Below, piece after piece: positions 17,256 to 29,033 of a DNA stretch of 37,993 nt (position 1 is the stretch's first letter; the number at the start of each line of letters is the position of its first letter). The stretch covers positions 1 to 37,993 of the forward strand of contig JAUMVF010000003.1 of assembly GCA_030530305.1 (NCBI GenBank), in the 5' to 3' direction. Under the pieces are notes generated by a model. The model made no database searches. It saw only the letters and a list, made by a program, of their open reading frames with translations, and was not told where the DNA came from. This stretch comes from Bacillota bacterium. Lineage in GTDB: Bacteria; Bacillota; Clostridia; Peptostreptococcales; Anaerovoracaceae. The position numbers and the translations under genes were made by a program.

Positions 17256-18623
17256 ATGAATGATTTTGAGCTGAAATGGAGAGACATACTGTCTGTCGTT
17301 AAAAAGACAGTAAACAACGTCAGCTATGACACCTGGTTCTCTCCGATCAAAGTGAATAAAATAGACGATGATCCGGGTATCATCTATCTTTCGATAGAAG
17401 ATGATTTTTCTCTTGGTATACTTAAAACAAGATATATGTCTGTTCTTGAAGGCGCGGTAGAGGAAGTGCTCGGAAAAAGATACAGCGTTATCATCAATCT
17501 TGGCGGGGAGAAAGAAGAAAAATCTGACGAATCTTCGAATATCTACGGCGCTGCGGATGAAAGTGATTCTTTCACCAGCGAATTTATTCTGGATCCCAAC
17601 AACAGTTTTGAGAATTTCATAGTAGGCGACAACAACCGGTTCGCTCACGCGGCCGCTCTTGCAGTTGCTGAAAACCCGTCAGACGCATATAACCCGCTGT
17701 TTCTTTACGGCGGCCCTGGCCTTGGAAAGACCCATCTTATGCATGCTATAGGACATTACGTACTGAAAAACCATCCGTCTCTTAAGGTTCTTTATATATC
17801 TTCTGAGATGTTCACCAACGAATTTATCAAAGCTCTTGATTCCAAAAAGAAAAAAGGCGGAATGGAAGCCTTCAGGAAGAAATACAGAGGTATCGACGTT
17901 CTTCTTATAGACGATATCCAGTTCATCCAGGGTAAAGAATCCACAGAGACTGAATTTTTCAATACTTTCAACAGGCTTTATGAATCTAATAAACAAATCA
18001 TAATATCAAGTGACAGAGCTCCTAATGAAATGAAAGTTCTTGATGAAAGATTAAGATCACGTTTCCAGTGGAATCTGGTAGCGGATATTCAGCCTCCGGA
18101 ATTTGAGACAAGGATCGCAATTTTAAGAAACAGGGCAAACATTGAAAATATAGCTCTTACTCATGAAGTTGAAGCTGTTATTGAATTGATAGCTGAAAAA
18201 ATCAAATTCAATATAAGAGATCTTGTGGGAGCTTTTACAAGAGTAGCAAGTTTCTCAAAGATAATGAATGAAAAGATAGATCTGAAATTCGCAAAGAAAA
18301 TTCTTAAGGACGTTATAAAATCAGGCGATTTCAATGTAAGTTGCGAAACTATAAAGAAAAAAGTATGTAAAAAATACGGAATAAAGATAACTGATATAGA
18401 ATCTAAAAAAAGAACCAGGGATCTTACTGTTCCAAGACAGATAGCTATGTATCTCTGTAAAGAACTGACTGATACTTCATATCCTAAAATAGGAGATGCT
18501 TTCGGAGGAAGAGATCATTCAACAGTAGTTTACGCTTACGAAAAAATCTCTTCTGAAATAAAGACGAATTCTTCTCTTGCAGATGATATTGAAGACCTGA
18601 GAAATATGATCGATAACGGATGA
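17256..18623 (+). CDS. dnaA: chromosomal replication initiator DnaA
   Basis: Walker A GGPGLGKTHL, LLIDDIQF, DnaA signature ...RDHSTVVYA. Start taken as ATG 17256 (MNDFELKW...). Confidence 0.97.
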   Translation: MNDFELKWRDILSVVKKTVNNVSYDTWFSPIKVNKIDDDPGIIYLSIEDDFSLGILKTRYMSVLEGAVEEVLGKRYSVIINLGGEKEEKSDESSNIYGAADESDSFTSEFILDPNNSFENFIVGDNNRFAHAAALAVAENPSDAYNPLFLYGGPGLGKTHLMHAIGHYVLKNHPSLKVLYISSEMFTNEFIKALDSKKKKGGMEAFRKKYRGIDVLLIDDIQFIQGKESTETEFFNTFNRLYESNKQIIISSDRAPNEMKVLDERLRSRFQWNLVADIQPPEFETRIAILRNRANIENIALTHEVEAVIELIAEKIKFNIRDLVGAFTRVASFSKIMNEKIDLKFAKKILKDVIKSGDFNVSCETIKKKVCKKYGIKITDIESKKRTRDLTVPRQIAMYLCKELTDTSYPKIGDAFGGRDHSTVVYAYEKISSEIKTNSSLADDIEDLRNMIDNG

Positions 18624-18714
18624 TTTTTTATAAACATCTTATCAATCGAATCAGACAGGTTTTCAACATACCGGTTTTTGATAAATAACGTTGAAAATAT
18701 AATAATTATAAAAG

Positions 18715-18775
18715 TTATCCACAGTTTTAACAGACCCTATTACTATTATTACTGTAAATATAATATAATAAAGAC
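18715..18775 (+). promoter_or_regulatory. oriC right part: DnaA box, GC spacer, TAn trinucleotide run (DnaA-trio-like) and AT-rich putative unwinding element
   Basis: TTATCCACA at 18715-18723, cagaccc at 18731-18737, TAT TAC TAT TAT TAC at 18738-18752, then tgtaaatataatataataaag. Confidence 0.5.
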
Positions 18776-18795
18776 AGATCGGAGGTCACCGGAAA

Positions 18796-19905
18796 ATGAA
18801 ATTCAATTGCAGCCAGCAGAAATTATCAAAGGCTTTGAATACTGTTTCAAAAGCTGTCTCAACAAGATCAGCTTTACCTATCCTTAAAGGTATACTTCTG
18901 AAAGCAGAAGGAAATGAACTTATCATGTCAGCGTCAGACATGGATATAAGTATAGTAAAGAAAACAGAGATACTTTGTGAAGAAGAAGGATCTGTAGTAG
19001 TAAACGCCAAACTGTTCGGAGATATAATAAGAAAACTTCCGGGAGGAGATATTTATATTACTTCTGATGAAGAAAACAACGTAACAGTAAAAACTTCATT
19101 TTCTGAATTTAACATAGTAGGGATATCACCTGATGAATTTCCGAAGATCAAAGATACTGAAGATGATATATATAAAGTTTCGCTTGATAAAAAACTCTTT
19201 GGCGATATGATAAGAAAAACATCTTTTGCGGCCAGCATAGATGAATCAAAAGGAATCATTACAGGAGTCCTGACAGAAATAGAAAGAGATAGTCTCAATA
19301 TGGTTGCTTTAGACGGATTCAGAATGTCTGTAGTAAGAGAAAAAATGGCAAACGAAGGTGAAAAGAAAGTAGTTATAAACGGAAGACTTATAAATGAGAT
19401 CAAAAATATAATAAGCGACTCTGAAGATGAAGAGGATGTGGATATACTCATAGGAAGTAAAAACGCCTCATTTATATTCAAGGATACAAAAGCAGTAGTA
19501 AGACTTCTTGAAGGAGATTTTATCAAATATAAAGATATTCTTCCTAAAGACGGATCATGCACTGTAATTACTGACAGGAACGTGCTCTTAGATAGTATAG
19601 AAAGAGCTTCGCTTCTGGCTAAAGAAGGAAAAAACAATCTTATAAAAATAACGATAAATAATGAGCTCCTCGTGATCACTTCACGTTCTGAAGAAGGAAA
19701 GGTAAAAGAAGAAGTGATAATTGAAAAAGAAGGAGACGATATAGAGATAGGTTTCAACTCTAAGTATATGATAGATGCTCTTAAAGCTGTTGATGACGAA
19801 CATATAAAGATTATATTCAAGGGCAGCACTTCACCGTGCCTCATCAAATCTCTCGAAGGGGACAGTTATGAGTATCTCGTTCTTCCGGTAAGGATATCAG
19901 GTTAA
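18796..19905 (+). CDS. dnaN: DNA polymerase III beta sliding clamp
   Basis: 369 aa directly after dnaA, with N-terminal MKF.C....L..AL..V..AV and C-terminal motif VLPVR. Confidence 0.97.
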   Translation: MKFNCSQQKLSKALNTVSKAVSTRSALPILKGILLKAEGNELIMSASDMDISIVKKTEILCEEEGSVVVNAKLFGDIIRKLPGGDIYITSDEENNVTVKTSFSEFNIVGISPDEFPKIKDTEDDIYKVSLDKKLFGDMIRKTSFAASIDESKGIITGVLTEIERDSLNMVALDGFRMSVVREKMANEGEKKVVINGRLINEIKNIISDSEDEEDVDILIGSKNASFIFKDTKAVVRLLEGDFIKYKDILPKDGSCTVITDRNVLLDSIERASLLAKEGKNNLIKITINNELLVITSRSEEGKVKEEVIIEKEGDDIEIGFNSKYMIDALKAVDDEHIKIIFKGSTSPCLIKSLEGDSYEYLVLPVRISG

Positions 19906-21021
19906 ATGTACGCCAGAAAACTTGAACTGACTGATTTCAGAAATTATGAAAATCTGGAAATCGAGTTTCACCCCAAAGTCAATATCATTATCGGCGACAA
20001 CGCCCAGGGAAAAACAAATCTGCTGGAAGCTGTCTACATCACCTCTGTGGGAAAATCCTTCAGAACATCCAGAGATATTGAAATGATAAGGTTTGGATGC
20101 GGTTTTTGCCGTGTCCTTCTTTGCGCGGAAAAACAGGATCAGGAAACAGAGATAGATATAGTAATAAGAAAAGAAGGAAAAAGTATAAGAGTAGGGGAAA
20201 AGCAGCTGAGAAAACTTTCGGAAATGTTCGAGAATGTACTCACTGTAGTTTTTTCGCCTGAAGATCTCAAAATTGTAAAAGAAGACCCTGAAAAAAGAAG
20301 AAGATTCATAAACCGCGAGATTAGCCAGCTGAGGCCCGCGTACTTCAGCCGTCTGGCGGAATACAACAGGATACTGAAGCAGCGGAACGCGTACCTTAAA
20401 GAAAGAGATATCAATGAAGATGTGCTTGACGTGTGGGACGAGTCTCTTGCGAAAAACGGCGCGTACATTATGAAAAGCCGCGGCGAGTTCATCGAAAAAC
20501 TAGAGAAGATAAGCCGCCGGATCAACGAAGATATCACAAGCGGCAAGGAATTCCTGAGTATTTCATACGAGCCGGACATAGAGCTGGTGTCGGAAGATGC
20601 CCAGGAGGAAGTGTTCGCGAAGACCCTGAAAATCAACAGGCAGAAGGATCTCGAAAGAAGGACCACGACCAAAGGACCACACAAGGACGACATGAAGATC
20701 ACCGTAAACGATACGGATATAAGGCATTACGGATCTCAGGGTCAGCAGAGGACCGCGGCTCTTTCACTTAAACTGGCGGAAATCGGACTCATCAAGGAGG
20801 AGATGGGGGAAGACGCCATTCTTCTTCTTGACGACGTGCTTTCTGAACTGGACCCGAAGAGACAGAGTTATCTGATCAATTCACTGAAGGACGTCCAGCT
20901 CTTCATAACCACCGCGGAAATGTCTCCCGAAGTAGCGGAATCTCTTCCGGAAGGAAAGACTTTTCTCGTGACTTCCGGAAAGGTGGAAGAAAAATCCAAT
21001 TCGGACATCGCATATACATAA
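19906..21021 (+). CDS. recF: DNA replication/repair protein RecF
   Basis: FRNY, Walker A GDNAQGKTNLLEA, SQGQQRT signature and LLLDDV Walker B, over 371 aa. Confidence 0.95.
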   Translation: MYARKLELTDFRNYENLEIEFHPKVNIIIGDNAQGKTNLLEAVYITSVGKSFRTSRDIEMIRFGCGFCRVLLCAEKQDQETEIDIVIRKEGKSIRVGEKQLRKLSEMFENVLTVVFSPEDLKIVKEDPEKRRRFINREISQLRPAYFSRLAEYNRILKQRNAYLKERDINEDVLDVWDESLAKNGAYIMKSRGEFIEKLEKISRRINEDITSGKEFLSISYEPDIELVSEDAQEEVFAKTLKINRQKDLERRTTTKGPHKDDMKITVNDTDIRHYGSQGQQRTAALSLKLAEIGLIKEEMGEDAILLLDDVLSELDPKRQSYLINSLKDVQLFITTAEMSPEVAESLPEGKTFLVTSGKVEEKSNSDIAYT

Positions 21022-21092
21022 ATAATATATATCTCACAGGGAAATAAAGCCCCGTACAGACACGAAAACAACAAAGTAGATAACAAGTGTCC

Positions 21093-21127
21093 AAAAAGCC
21101 GGATTTTATTGAAAATCTGGCTTTTTT
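21093..21127 (+). terminator. rho-independent terminator after recF
   Basis: agccggatttt (21097-21107) / aaaatctggct (21112-21122, one G-U pair) followed by tttttt. Confidence 0.6.
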
Positions 21128-21137
21128 ATGGTACAAT
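21109..21137 (+). promoter_or_regulatory. gyrB promoter
   Basis: TTGAAA at 21109-21114, 17-nt spacer ending in TGG (extended -10), TACAAT at 21132-21137. Confidence 0.6.
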
Positions 21138-21150
21138 ATCTTGTGTATGA

Positions 21151-23178
<2,028 letters not shown>

Positions 23179-23193
23179 GAAGGAGGAGTTTAA

Positions 23194-25707
23194 ATGGATA
23201 ATCTTATAGAAGACAAAAGACTTATACAGCATGAAATCCACAGCGAGATGAAGAACTCCTACATCGACTACGCGATGAGCGTCATCGTAGGTCGTGCGCT
23301 TCCTGACGTGCGGGACGGAATGAAGCCTGTACACAGAAGGATCTTATACGGAATGAGCGAGCTGGGAGTTACGCCGGATAAACCCTTCAAGAAATCCGCG
23401 CGTATAGTCGGCGAGGTAATGGGTAAATATCACCCCCACGGCGACAGTTCCATCTACGACGCCATGGTAAGAATGGCTCAGGATTTTTCTACCAGATACT
23501 TGCTGGTGGACGGACACGGAAACTTCGGTTCTGTTGACGGTGACGGCGCTGCCGCCATGCGTTATACAGAAGCAAGGATGTCGCCGTTCTCACTGGAGAT
23601 GCTCCGTGACATCGACAAGGAAACTGTCGATTTCATGCCTAACTTTGATGAAGAGGAAAAAGAGCCGGTAGTACTTCCGTCAAGATTCCCGAACCTTCTG
23701 GTGAACGGGTCCAACGGTATCGCTGTCGGCATGGCCACATCCATACCGCCCCATAATCTCGGCGAAGTCATAGACGGCGCGGTGAAGATGATAGACGACG
23801 AGGATACCACGGTCGAAGATCTGATGAAGATCATCAAGGGACCGGATTTTCCGACGGGCGCTGTCATCATGGGAAGAAGCGGAGCCCAGGAGGCGTACCG
23901 CACAGGACAGGGAAAGGTCCAGGTAAGAGCCAAGACCGAGATCGAGGAAACCTCCAGAGGAAGATCCCAGATCATCGTTACCGAGATACCTTTCCAGGTC
24001 AACAAGGCAAGACTCATAGAGAAAATCGCCGAGCTTGTCAAGGACAAGAAGATCGACGGCATTTCAAATATAAGAGACGAGTCCAGCAGGACCGGCATGA
24101 GGATCGTCATCGAACTGAAGAAGGACGCCAATCCTCAGATCACGCTGAACAGACTGTTCAAGCATACACAGATGCAGGACAACTTCAGCATGATCATGAT
24201 CGCTCTGGTAGACGGGCAGCCGAGAGTGCTGAATCTCTATGAGATCCTGGAAGAATACCTGAAGCACCAGAAGAACGTAGTCACAAGAAGGACGCAGTTC
24301 GACCTTAAGAAGGCGGAGGCCAGAGCTCACATACTGGAAGGTCTCCGGATCGCTCTTGACAATATCGACGCGGTCATAAAGACCATCCGCGAGAGCTACA
24401 ATGACGCCAAGGAAAAACTCATGAAGCGTTTTGCCCTTTCGGAGATACAGGCTCAGGCCATACTGGACATGAGACTGGCGAGACTGCAGGGTCTTGAAAG
24501 AGAGAAGATAGAAGACGAATACGCAGAACTTCAGAGAAAGATCGCTTACTACAAGAGCCTTCTCGCAGACGAGAAAAAGCTGATGGGAGTAGTAAAAGAC
24601 GAGCTGCTGGAGATCAAGGAAAAATGGGGCGACAAGAGAAGGACCAAGATCGTAGCGGCTGCCGACGAGTTCGACGAGGCTGACCTGATCGAGGAAGAAC
24701 AGGTAGCTGTAACGCTGACACACCTGGGATATCTGAAGAGGATCCCGGCTGACACATACAAGACGCAGAAGAGAGGCGGCAAAGGAATAACCGGTCTGAC
24801 CACAAGAGAAAACGACTTCGTAACAGACCTTATCCTGACCAGCACCCATAACTATCTGATGTTTTTCACCAATCTGGGCAGGGTATATAAGATGAAAGCT
24901 TACGAGATACCCGAAGCGTCCAGATCAGCCAAGGGAATGCCGGCAGTCAACTTCCTTTCACTTATGCAGAGAGAAAGGATCAACGCAGTCATACCTCTCA
25001 AGAAATTTGAAGAGGACAAATACCTGATCGGCGTGACGAAGCACGGCACCATCAAGAAGACCGCCCTTTCGGAATTCGACACTAACAGGAAAGGCGGGCT
25101 GATCGCCGTCAAGCTCAAGGATGGAGACGAGCTTGTGGGCATCAAGCAGACTTCCGGCACAGACAACGTCATCATAGTCACCAAGCAGGGCAAGTGCATC
25201 TGCTTCTCAGAGCATGACGTAAGACCTATGGGCAGAAACGCCGGCGGCGTGAGAGCCATCAAGCTGGAAGATGACGATGAAGTCGTTTCAATGGAACTGG
25301 TACAGCCGGATGAACAGCTCTTCGTAGTTACCCAGAAGGGCTACGGCAAGAGGACGTCTGTCAACGAGTACAAAGTTCAGGCAAGAGGCGGAAAAGGTCT
25401 GCTTACTTACGACAAGACAAAGTTCAAGAAGACGGGACTTCTCGTAGGCGCGATGGTAGTCGACAGAGACGACGAGATGCTGCTGATCAATTCCGACGGC
25501 ATCATCATAAGGATACAGGCCAAGGACGTTTCCAAACTGGGAAGAGCCACACAGGGAGTCAAGATAATGAAGGTTTCAGATGAAACCAACATCATCGCTC
25601 TGGCCAAGGTGAACGAAAAGGACGCTGACGCGGAAGAAGAGACTGCCGGCGGCGAAGGCGGCAAGGCAGATGACGGCGACCAGATGGAGATGGACACCCG
25701 GCAGTAA
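23194..25707 (+). CDS. gyrA: DNA gyrase subunit A
   Basis: [27 protein letters not shown] (catalytic Tyr), beta-pinwheel CTD and an acidic tail, over 837 aa. Confidence 0.97.
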   Translation: MDNLIEDKRLIQHEIHSEMKNSYIDYAMSVIVGRALPDVRDGMKPVHRRILYGMSELGVTPDKPFKKSARIVGEVMGKYHPHGDSSIYDAMVRMAQDFSTRYLLVDGHGNFGSVDGDGAAAMRYTEARMSPFSLEMLRDIDKETVDFMPNFDEEEKEPVVLPSRFPNLLVNGSNGIAVGMATSIPPHNLGEVIDGAVKMIDDEDTTVEDLMKIIKGPDFPTGAVIMGRSGAQEAYRTGQGKVQVRAKTEIEETSRGRSQIIVTEIPFQVNKARLIEKIAELVKDKKIDGISNIRDESSRTGMRIVIELKKDANPQITLNRLFKHTQMQDNFSMIMIALVDGQPRVLNLYEILEEYLKHQKNVVTRRTQFDLKKAEARAHILEGLRIALDNIDAVIKTIRESYNDAKEKLMKRFALSEIQAQAILDMRLARLQGLEREKIEDEYAELQRKIAYYKSLLADEKKLMGVVKDELLEIKEKWGDKRRTKIVAAADEFDEADLIEEEQVAVTLTHLGYLKRIPADTYKTQKRGGKGITGLTTRENDFVTDLILTSTHNYLMFFTNLGRVYKMKAYEIPEASRSAKGMPAVNFLSLMQRERINAVIPLKKFEEDKYLIGVTKHGTIKKTALSEFDTNRKGGLIAVKLKDGDELVGIKQTSGTDNVIIVTKQGKCICFSEHDVRPMGRNAGGVRAIKLEDDDEVVSMELVQPDEQLFVVTQKGYGKRTSVNEYKVQARGGKGLLTYDKTKFKKTGLLVGAMVVDRDDEMLLINSDGIIIRIQAKDVSKLGRATQGVKIMKVSDETNIIALAKVNEKDADAEEETAGGEGGKADDGDQMEMDTRQ

Positions 25708-25758
25708 GCTGCGGGAAGTGAGCGGCCTGAAGGTTTTTTAATGAAAGAGGAAAGAAAA

Positions 25759-26160
25759 ATGCCTACGGAGTATATTTTTACAGTTCCGGGCAAACCGGAA
25801 AATACGACTCTGATAAAACTGGCGGTATGCGCTGCGGCAACCAACGCCCGGATGGACGTGGAAAAGATCGACGATCTTGCCATCGCCTCCGGCGAGGCAT
25901 TCAAGAACGTCTGCTGCCACGGAGCGGACGGATGGAGCTGCTGTGTTGAAGTGAAGTGTTCTTCTGACGAGTCGAAGATGACAGTTACCATAGAGGACAA
26001 GGCGAAAGTCCACGATCTGCCAAAGGATAAGAAGCCGTGTCTCGATTGTACGAAGGAAGGCGACCTTGGCGTGCAGATGATCAGGAGCCTTATGGACACA
26101 GTCGATTTCGGCACTGCGGCAGAAGGCTGCAAGAAAATCGTGATGACGAAGAACATTTAG
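25759..26160 (+). CDS. RsbW/SpoIIAB-like anti-sigma factor (HATPase_c fold) that is Cys-rich with a degenerate G1 box
   Basis: N-box-like EAFKNVCCHG and overall collinearity with SpoIIAB/RsbW. IEDKAKVHD stands in place of the DxGxG box, and EGDLGV in place of GxGxG. The ATG at 25759 has a GAGGAA RBS; the upstream ATG at 25741 is also possible. Confidence 0.6.
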   Translation: MPTEYIFTVPGKPENTTLIKLAVCAAATNARMDVEKIDDLAIASGEAFKNVCCHGADGWSCCVEVKCSSDESKMTVTIEDKAKVHDLPKDKKPCLDCTKEGDLGVQMIRSLMDTVDFGTAAEGCKKIVMTKNI

Positions 26161-26242
26161 CAGACGCGTACAGCCGGCGCTGTGGCGCGGAGCCTGAATG
26201 CGGGCGGCGTCCCGGCGCAGACGGCGTAATGGTGAGTAAGAT

Positions 26243-26983
26243 ATGACGGAAAAGGATTTGTTCCTGGAATACAGGAAGACAAAAGATCCCTCGCTCCGTA
26301 ACAAAATAGTAGAAGACCACATGTACATGGTGGATATTCTCATAAGCAAGTACCGGAACAAAGGTGTGGAGTACGACGATCTATATCAGGTAGCTTCGCT
26401 GGCACTGATCTCAGCGGTGGACAGATTCGATCCTGAAAAAGGATACGAATTTTCCAGTTTTGCCACGCCTACTATCCTGGGAGATATAAAGAAACACTTC
26501 AGGGACAAGGCCTGGAGCATGAAGGTGCCGCGGCGGATCAAGGAAATGTCCGGCAAACTGCCCAAGGTCAAGGAAAAGCTGACTGCGCAGCTGGGCCGTG
26601 TGCCAAACGTGGACGAGCTGGCGGAAGCCATGGGCTCGGACCGGGCGGAGATCCTGGAAGTAATAGAAGGCGGAAGGGCTTTTTACACCATGTCCCTGGA
26701 TCAGAAATTCGCGGACTGGGGAGAGGACAGCGAGTCCCCGGCCTTCGAAAAGTACACCGCCGACCGGGAGAAAGGCTACGACCGGCTGGAGTATGAGGAA
26801 ATGATCGAAAAAGTTCTGGATGAGCTTTCGGACACCAACATGTATATCTTCAGGAAGCGTTTTCTGGAGAACAGATCTCAGGCGGAGATCGCGGAGGATC
26901 TGGGCGTTTCACAGATGACAATATCGAGAGCGGAGAGGAATATCAAAGCGCGCTTCGCCAAAGAACTGGAGCGCTCTTCATAG
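26243..26983 (+). CDS. SigB/SigF/SigG-family (group 3) RNA polymerase sigma factor
   Basis: Region 2 DLYQVASLALISAVDRFDPEKGYEFSSFATPTILGDIKKHFRD and region 4 HTH SQAEIAEDLGVSQMTISRAE, over 246 aa. Confidence 0.85.
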   Translation: MTEKDLFLEYRKTKDPSLRNKIVEDHMYMVDILISKYRNKGVEYDDLYQVASLALISAVDRFDPEKGYEFSSFATPTILGDIKKHFRDKAWSMKVPRRIKEMSGKLPKVKEKLTAQLGRVPNVDELAEAMGSDRAEILEVIEGGRAFYTMSLDQKFADWGEDSESPAFEKYTADREKGYDRLEYEEMIEKVLDELSDTNMYIFRKRFLENRSQAEIAEDLGVSQMTISRAERNIKARFAKELERSS

Positions 26984-27092
26984 TACGCGGCGGATAGTCC
27001 GGCTAAAGAGCAATGGCCGGTCCGGCGAAAACGGACGGGAAACCGCGACGCGACAGAACAAAGACAAACTGCAGAATGAAAGGAACAGGAAA

Positions 27093-28079
27093 ATGGCAAG
27101 AGTTTTTTCAGGCGTTCAGCCTACAGGCAACATCCACATAGGGAATTATCTGGGAGCCCTCAGACAGTTCGTCCAGCTTCAGGACGACAATGACTGCATC
27201 TACTGCGTGGTAGACATGCATTCGATCACGGTACCCCAGGACCCGAAGGAACTGAGACAGCACACTTTGGACGTGGCGGCCCTTTACATGGCTATCGGTC
27301 TCGACCCGGAAAAGGCGATACTTTTCGTTCAGTCAGACGTATCCGGCCATGCTGAACTCTCCTGGATCCTCACATGCAGCAGCTATACGGGCGAACTTTC
27401 AAGAATGACCCAGTTCAAGGAAAAGAGCAGGAACAAAGAGTCGGCGGGCATGGGACTTTTCTCATATCCCATACTTATGGCGGCGGACATCCTGCTTTAC
27501 GATACAGACATCGTTCCGGTGGGCAATGACCAGAAACAGCACATCGAACTGTGCAGGGACATCGCCATCCGCGTCAACAACAGATTCGAGAATACTTTCG
27601 TAGTGCCGGAAGGCAAATACATGAAATCAGCTGCAAGAGTCATGTCTCTTGACGACCCGACCAGCAAGATGAGCAAAAGCGCCGAGAATATCCACAGCAG
27701 GATATCCCTTCTGGACGAACCCAACAAGATCAAGAAATCCATCATGAAGGCGACCACCGATTCGGAAGGCTCCATCAGAGTGGACTGGGATGAAAAACCG
27801 GGAGTCAGCAACCTGATCACTATCTACAGCGCTTTTTCGGGAATCGAGATCCCGGACATTGAGAAGAAGTATGAAGGCTGCGGCTACGGGGATTTCAAGA
27901 AAGATCTTGTGGAAGTGACCATCGAGGCCCTTACACCTATACAGGAAAGATACGCCGAGATCAGAAAATCAGATGAGCTGAAGAAAGTTCTCAAGGAAGG
28001 CGCGGAGAAAGCCAATGCTATCGCGACTCCTGTCCTGAGAAGAGTCAAGAAAAAGTTCGGTCTGGGCGTGAAGAAGTAA
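27093..28079 (+). CDS. trpS: tryptophan--tRNA ligase
   Basis: FSGVQPTGNIHIGNYLGA (HIGH) and KMSKS, over 328 aa. Confidence 0.95.
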   Translation: MARVFSGVQPTGNIHIGNYLGALRQFVQLQDDNDCIYCVVDMHSITVPQDPKELRQHTLDVAALYMAIGLDPEKAILFVQSDVSGHAELSWILTCSSYTGELSRMTQFKEKSRNKESAGMGLFSYPILMAADILLYDTDIVPVGNDQKQHIELCRDIAIRVNNRFENTFVVPEGKYMKSAARVMSLDDPTSKMSKSAENIHSRISLLDEPNKIKKSIMKATTDSEGSIRVDWDEKPGVSNLITIYSAFSGIEIPDIEKKYEGCGYGDFKKDLVEVTIEALTPIQERYAEIRKSDELKKVLKEGAEKANAIATPVLRRVKKKFGLGVKK

Positions 28080-28999
28080 TGATACAGGAACAATCAAACA
28101 GAAAAACGATAATAATAGGATGTCTCTGCGCTATCGGCGCAGAGATATTGTATGGGATGAGTTTTATCTTCACCAGACAGGCGGTAGCCGTCGCCGGCAC
28201 TTTCCCTCTGCTCGGCTGGCGGTTTCTTTCTGCGTTCGTTTTCATGAATATTTTTGCTCTGACCAGGATAATCAAGGTGGACCTGAAAGGGAAGAACCTG
28301 AAACCGCTCCTGTCACTGGCGCTGTTTTTCCCTGTTATCTATTTCATCTGTGAAACCATCGGAATAAGCAATACCACCGCATCGGAAAGCGGGGTCATCG
28401 CGTCGATAATCCCGGTAGTATCGCTGATCGCTTCAGCGGTATTTCTCCGGAAGAAACCTTTTAAAAGGCAGGTCTTCGGGATACTTATCACCTTCGCAGG
28501 TGTCGTGATCACAGTTCTCGCGGTAGGGGCATCGGCCAGCTTTTCCGCAAAGGGATATATTTTTCTGATGATCGCGGTCCTGGCTTTTTCCACTTACAGC
28601 GTACTGGTGGAAAGAGCCAAAGGTTACGCCGGCGGAGACATTACTTATGTGATGCTCGCAGCCGGGGCCATTGTTTTTTCAGTCATTGCGGTGATCCAGG
28701 CTGCGGCCGGCGGGAACCTTGAGTGGCTTGTCACGCTTCCGGCAAAAGAGCCGGCGGTCCTTGCGGCAATGATCTATCAGGGTCTGGGAAGTTCTGTCAT
28801 GGCTTTCTTCCTGACCAACCTGGCCATCTCCATGATCGGAGTCAACAGGAACGCCTCCTTCATCGGCATATCGACGGTGGTTTCGATCCTTTCGGGAGCG
28901 CTGATCCTGGGAGAGCCGTTCACCCTGTATCAGACCATCGGCGCAGTCGTAATAATCGCGGGCGTGTATGTAGCCAACATCAAATTAGAAAAGAAATAA
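28079..28999 (+). CDS. DMT-superfamily (EamA-like) transporter
   Basis: About 10 TM segments in two EamA-like halves, 306 aa. The ATG overlaps the trpS TAA by 1 nt. Confidence 0.8.
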   Translation: MIQEQSNRKTIIIGCLCAIGAEILYGMSFIFTRQAVAVAGTFPLLGWRFLSAFVFMNIFALTRIIKVDLKGKNLKPLLSLALFFPVIYFICETIGISNTTASESGVIASIIPVVSLIASAVFLRKKPFKRQVFGILITFAGVVITVLAVGASASFSAKGYIFLMIAVLAFSTYSVLVERAKGYAGGDITYVMLAAGAIVFSVIAVIQAAAGGNLEWLVTLPAKEPAVLAAMIYQGLGSSVMAFFLTNLAISMIGVNRNASFIGISTVVSILSGALILGEPFTLYQTIGAVVIIAGVYVANIKLEKK

Positions 29000-29020
29000 A
29001 AAAGCGCCCGGAAAGGGCGC
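28998..29020 (-). terminator. rho-independent terminator for plsC (hairpin shared with the end of the EamA gene)
   Basis: gcgccc-ggaaa-gggcgc at 29004-29020. The U-run exists only on the minus-strand reading (aaaaaa at 28998-29003). Confidence 0.65.
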
Positions 29021-29033
29021 CTTGGATCGTTGT

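Noticed and set aside
25708-26242. rRNA/tRNA operon after gyrA, as in several Firmicutes; also S4-like yaaA between dnaN and recF, remB/yaaB between recF and gyrB, and noc upstream of soj.
   Set aside because: They are not present. dnaN and recF abut, the recF-gyrB spacer holds only a terminator and promoter, and protein-coding genes follow gyrA. Their absence is noted but is common in Clostridia.
26984-27092. T-box leader upstream of trpS.
   Set aside because: The spacer is only about 109 nt, with no specifier-loop, T-box (AGGGTGGNACCGCG-like) or terminator/antiterminator elements visible.
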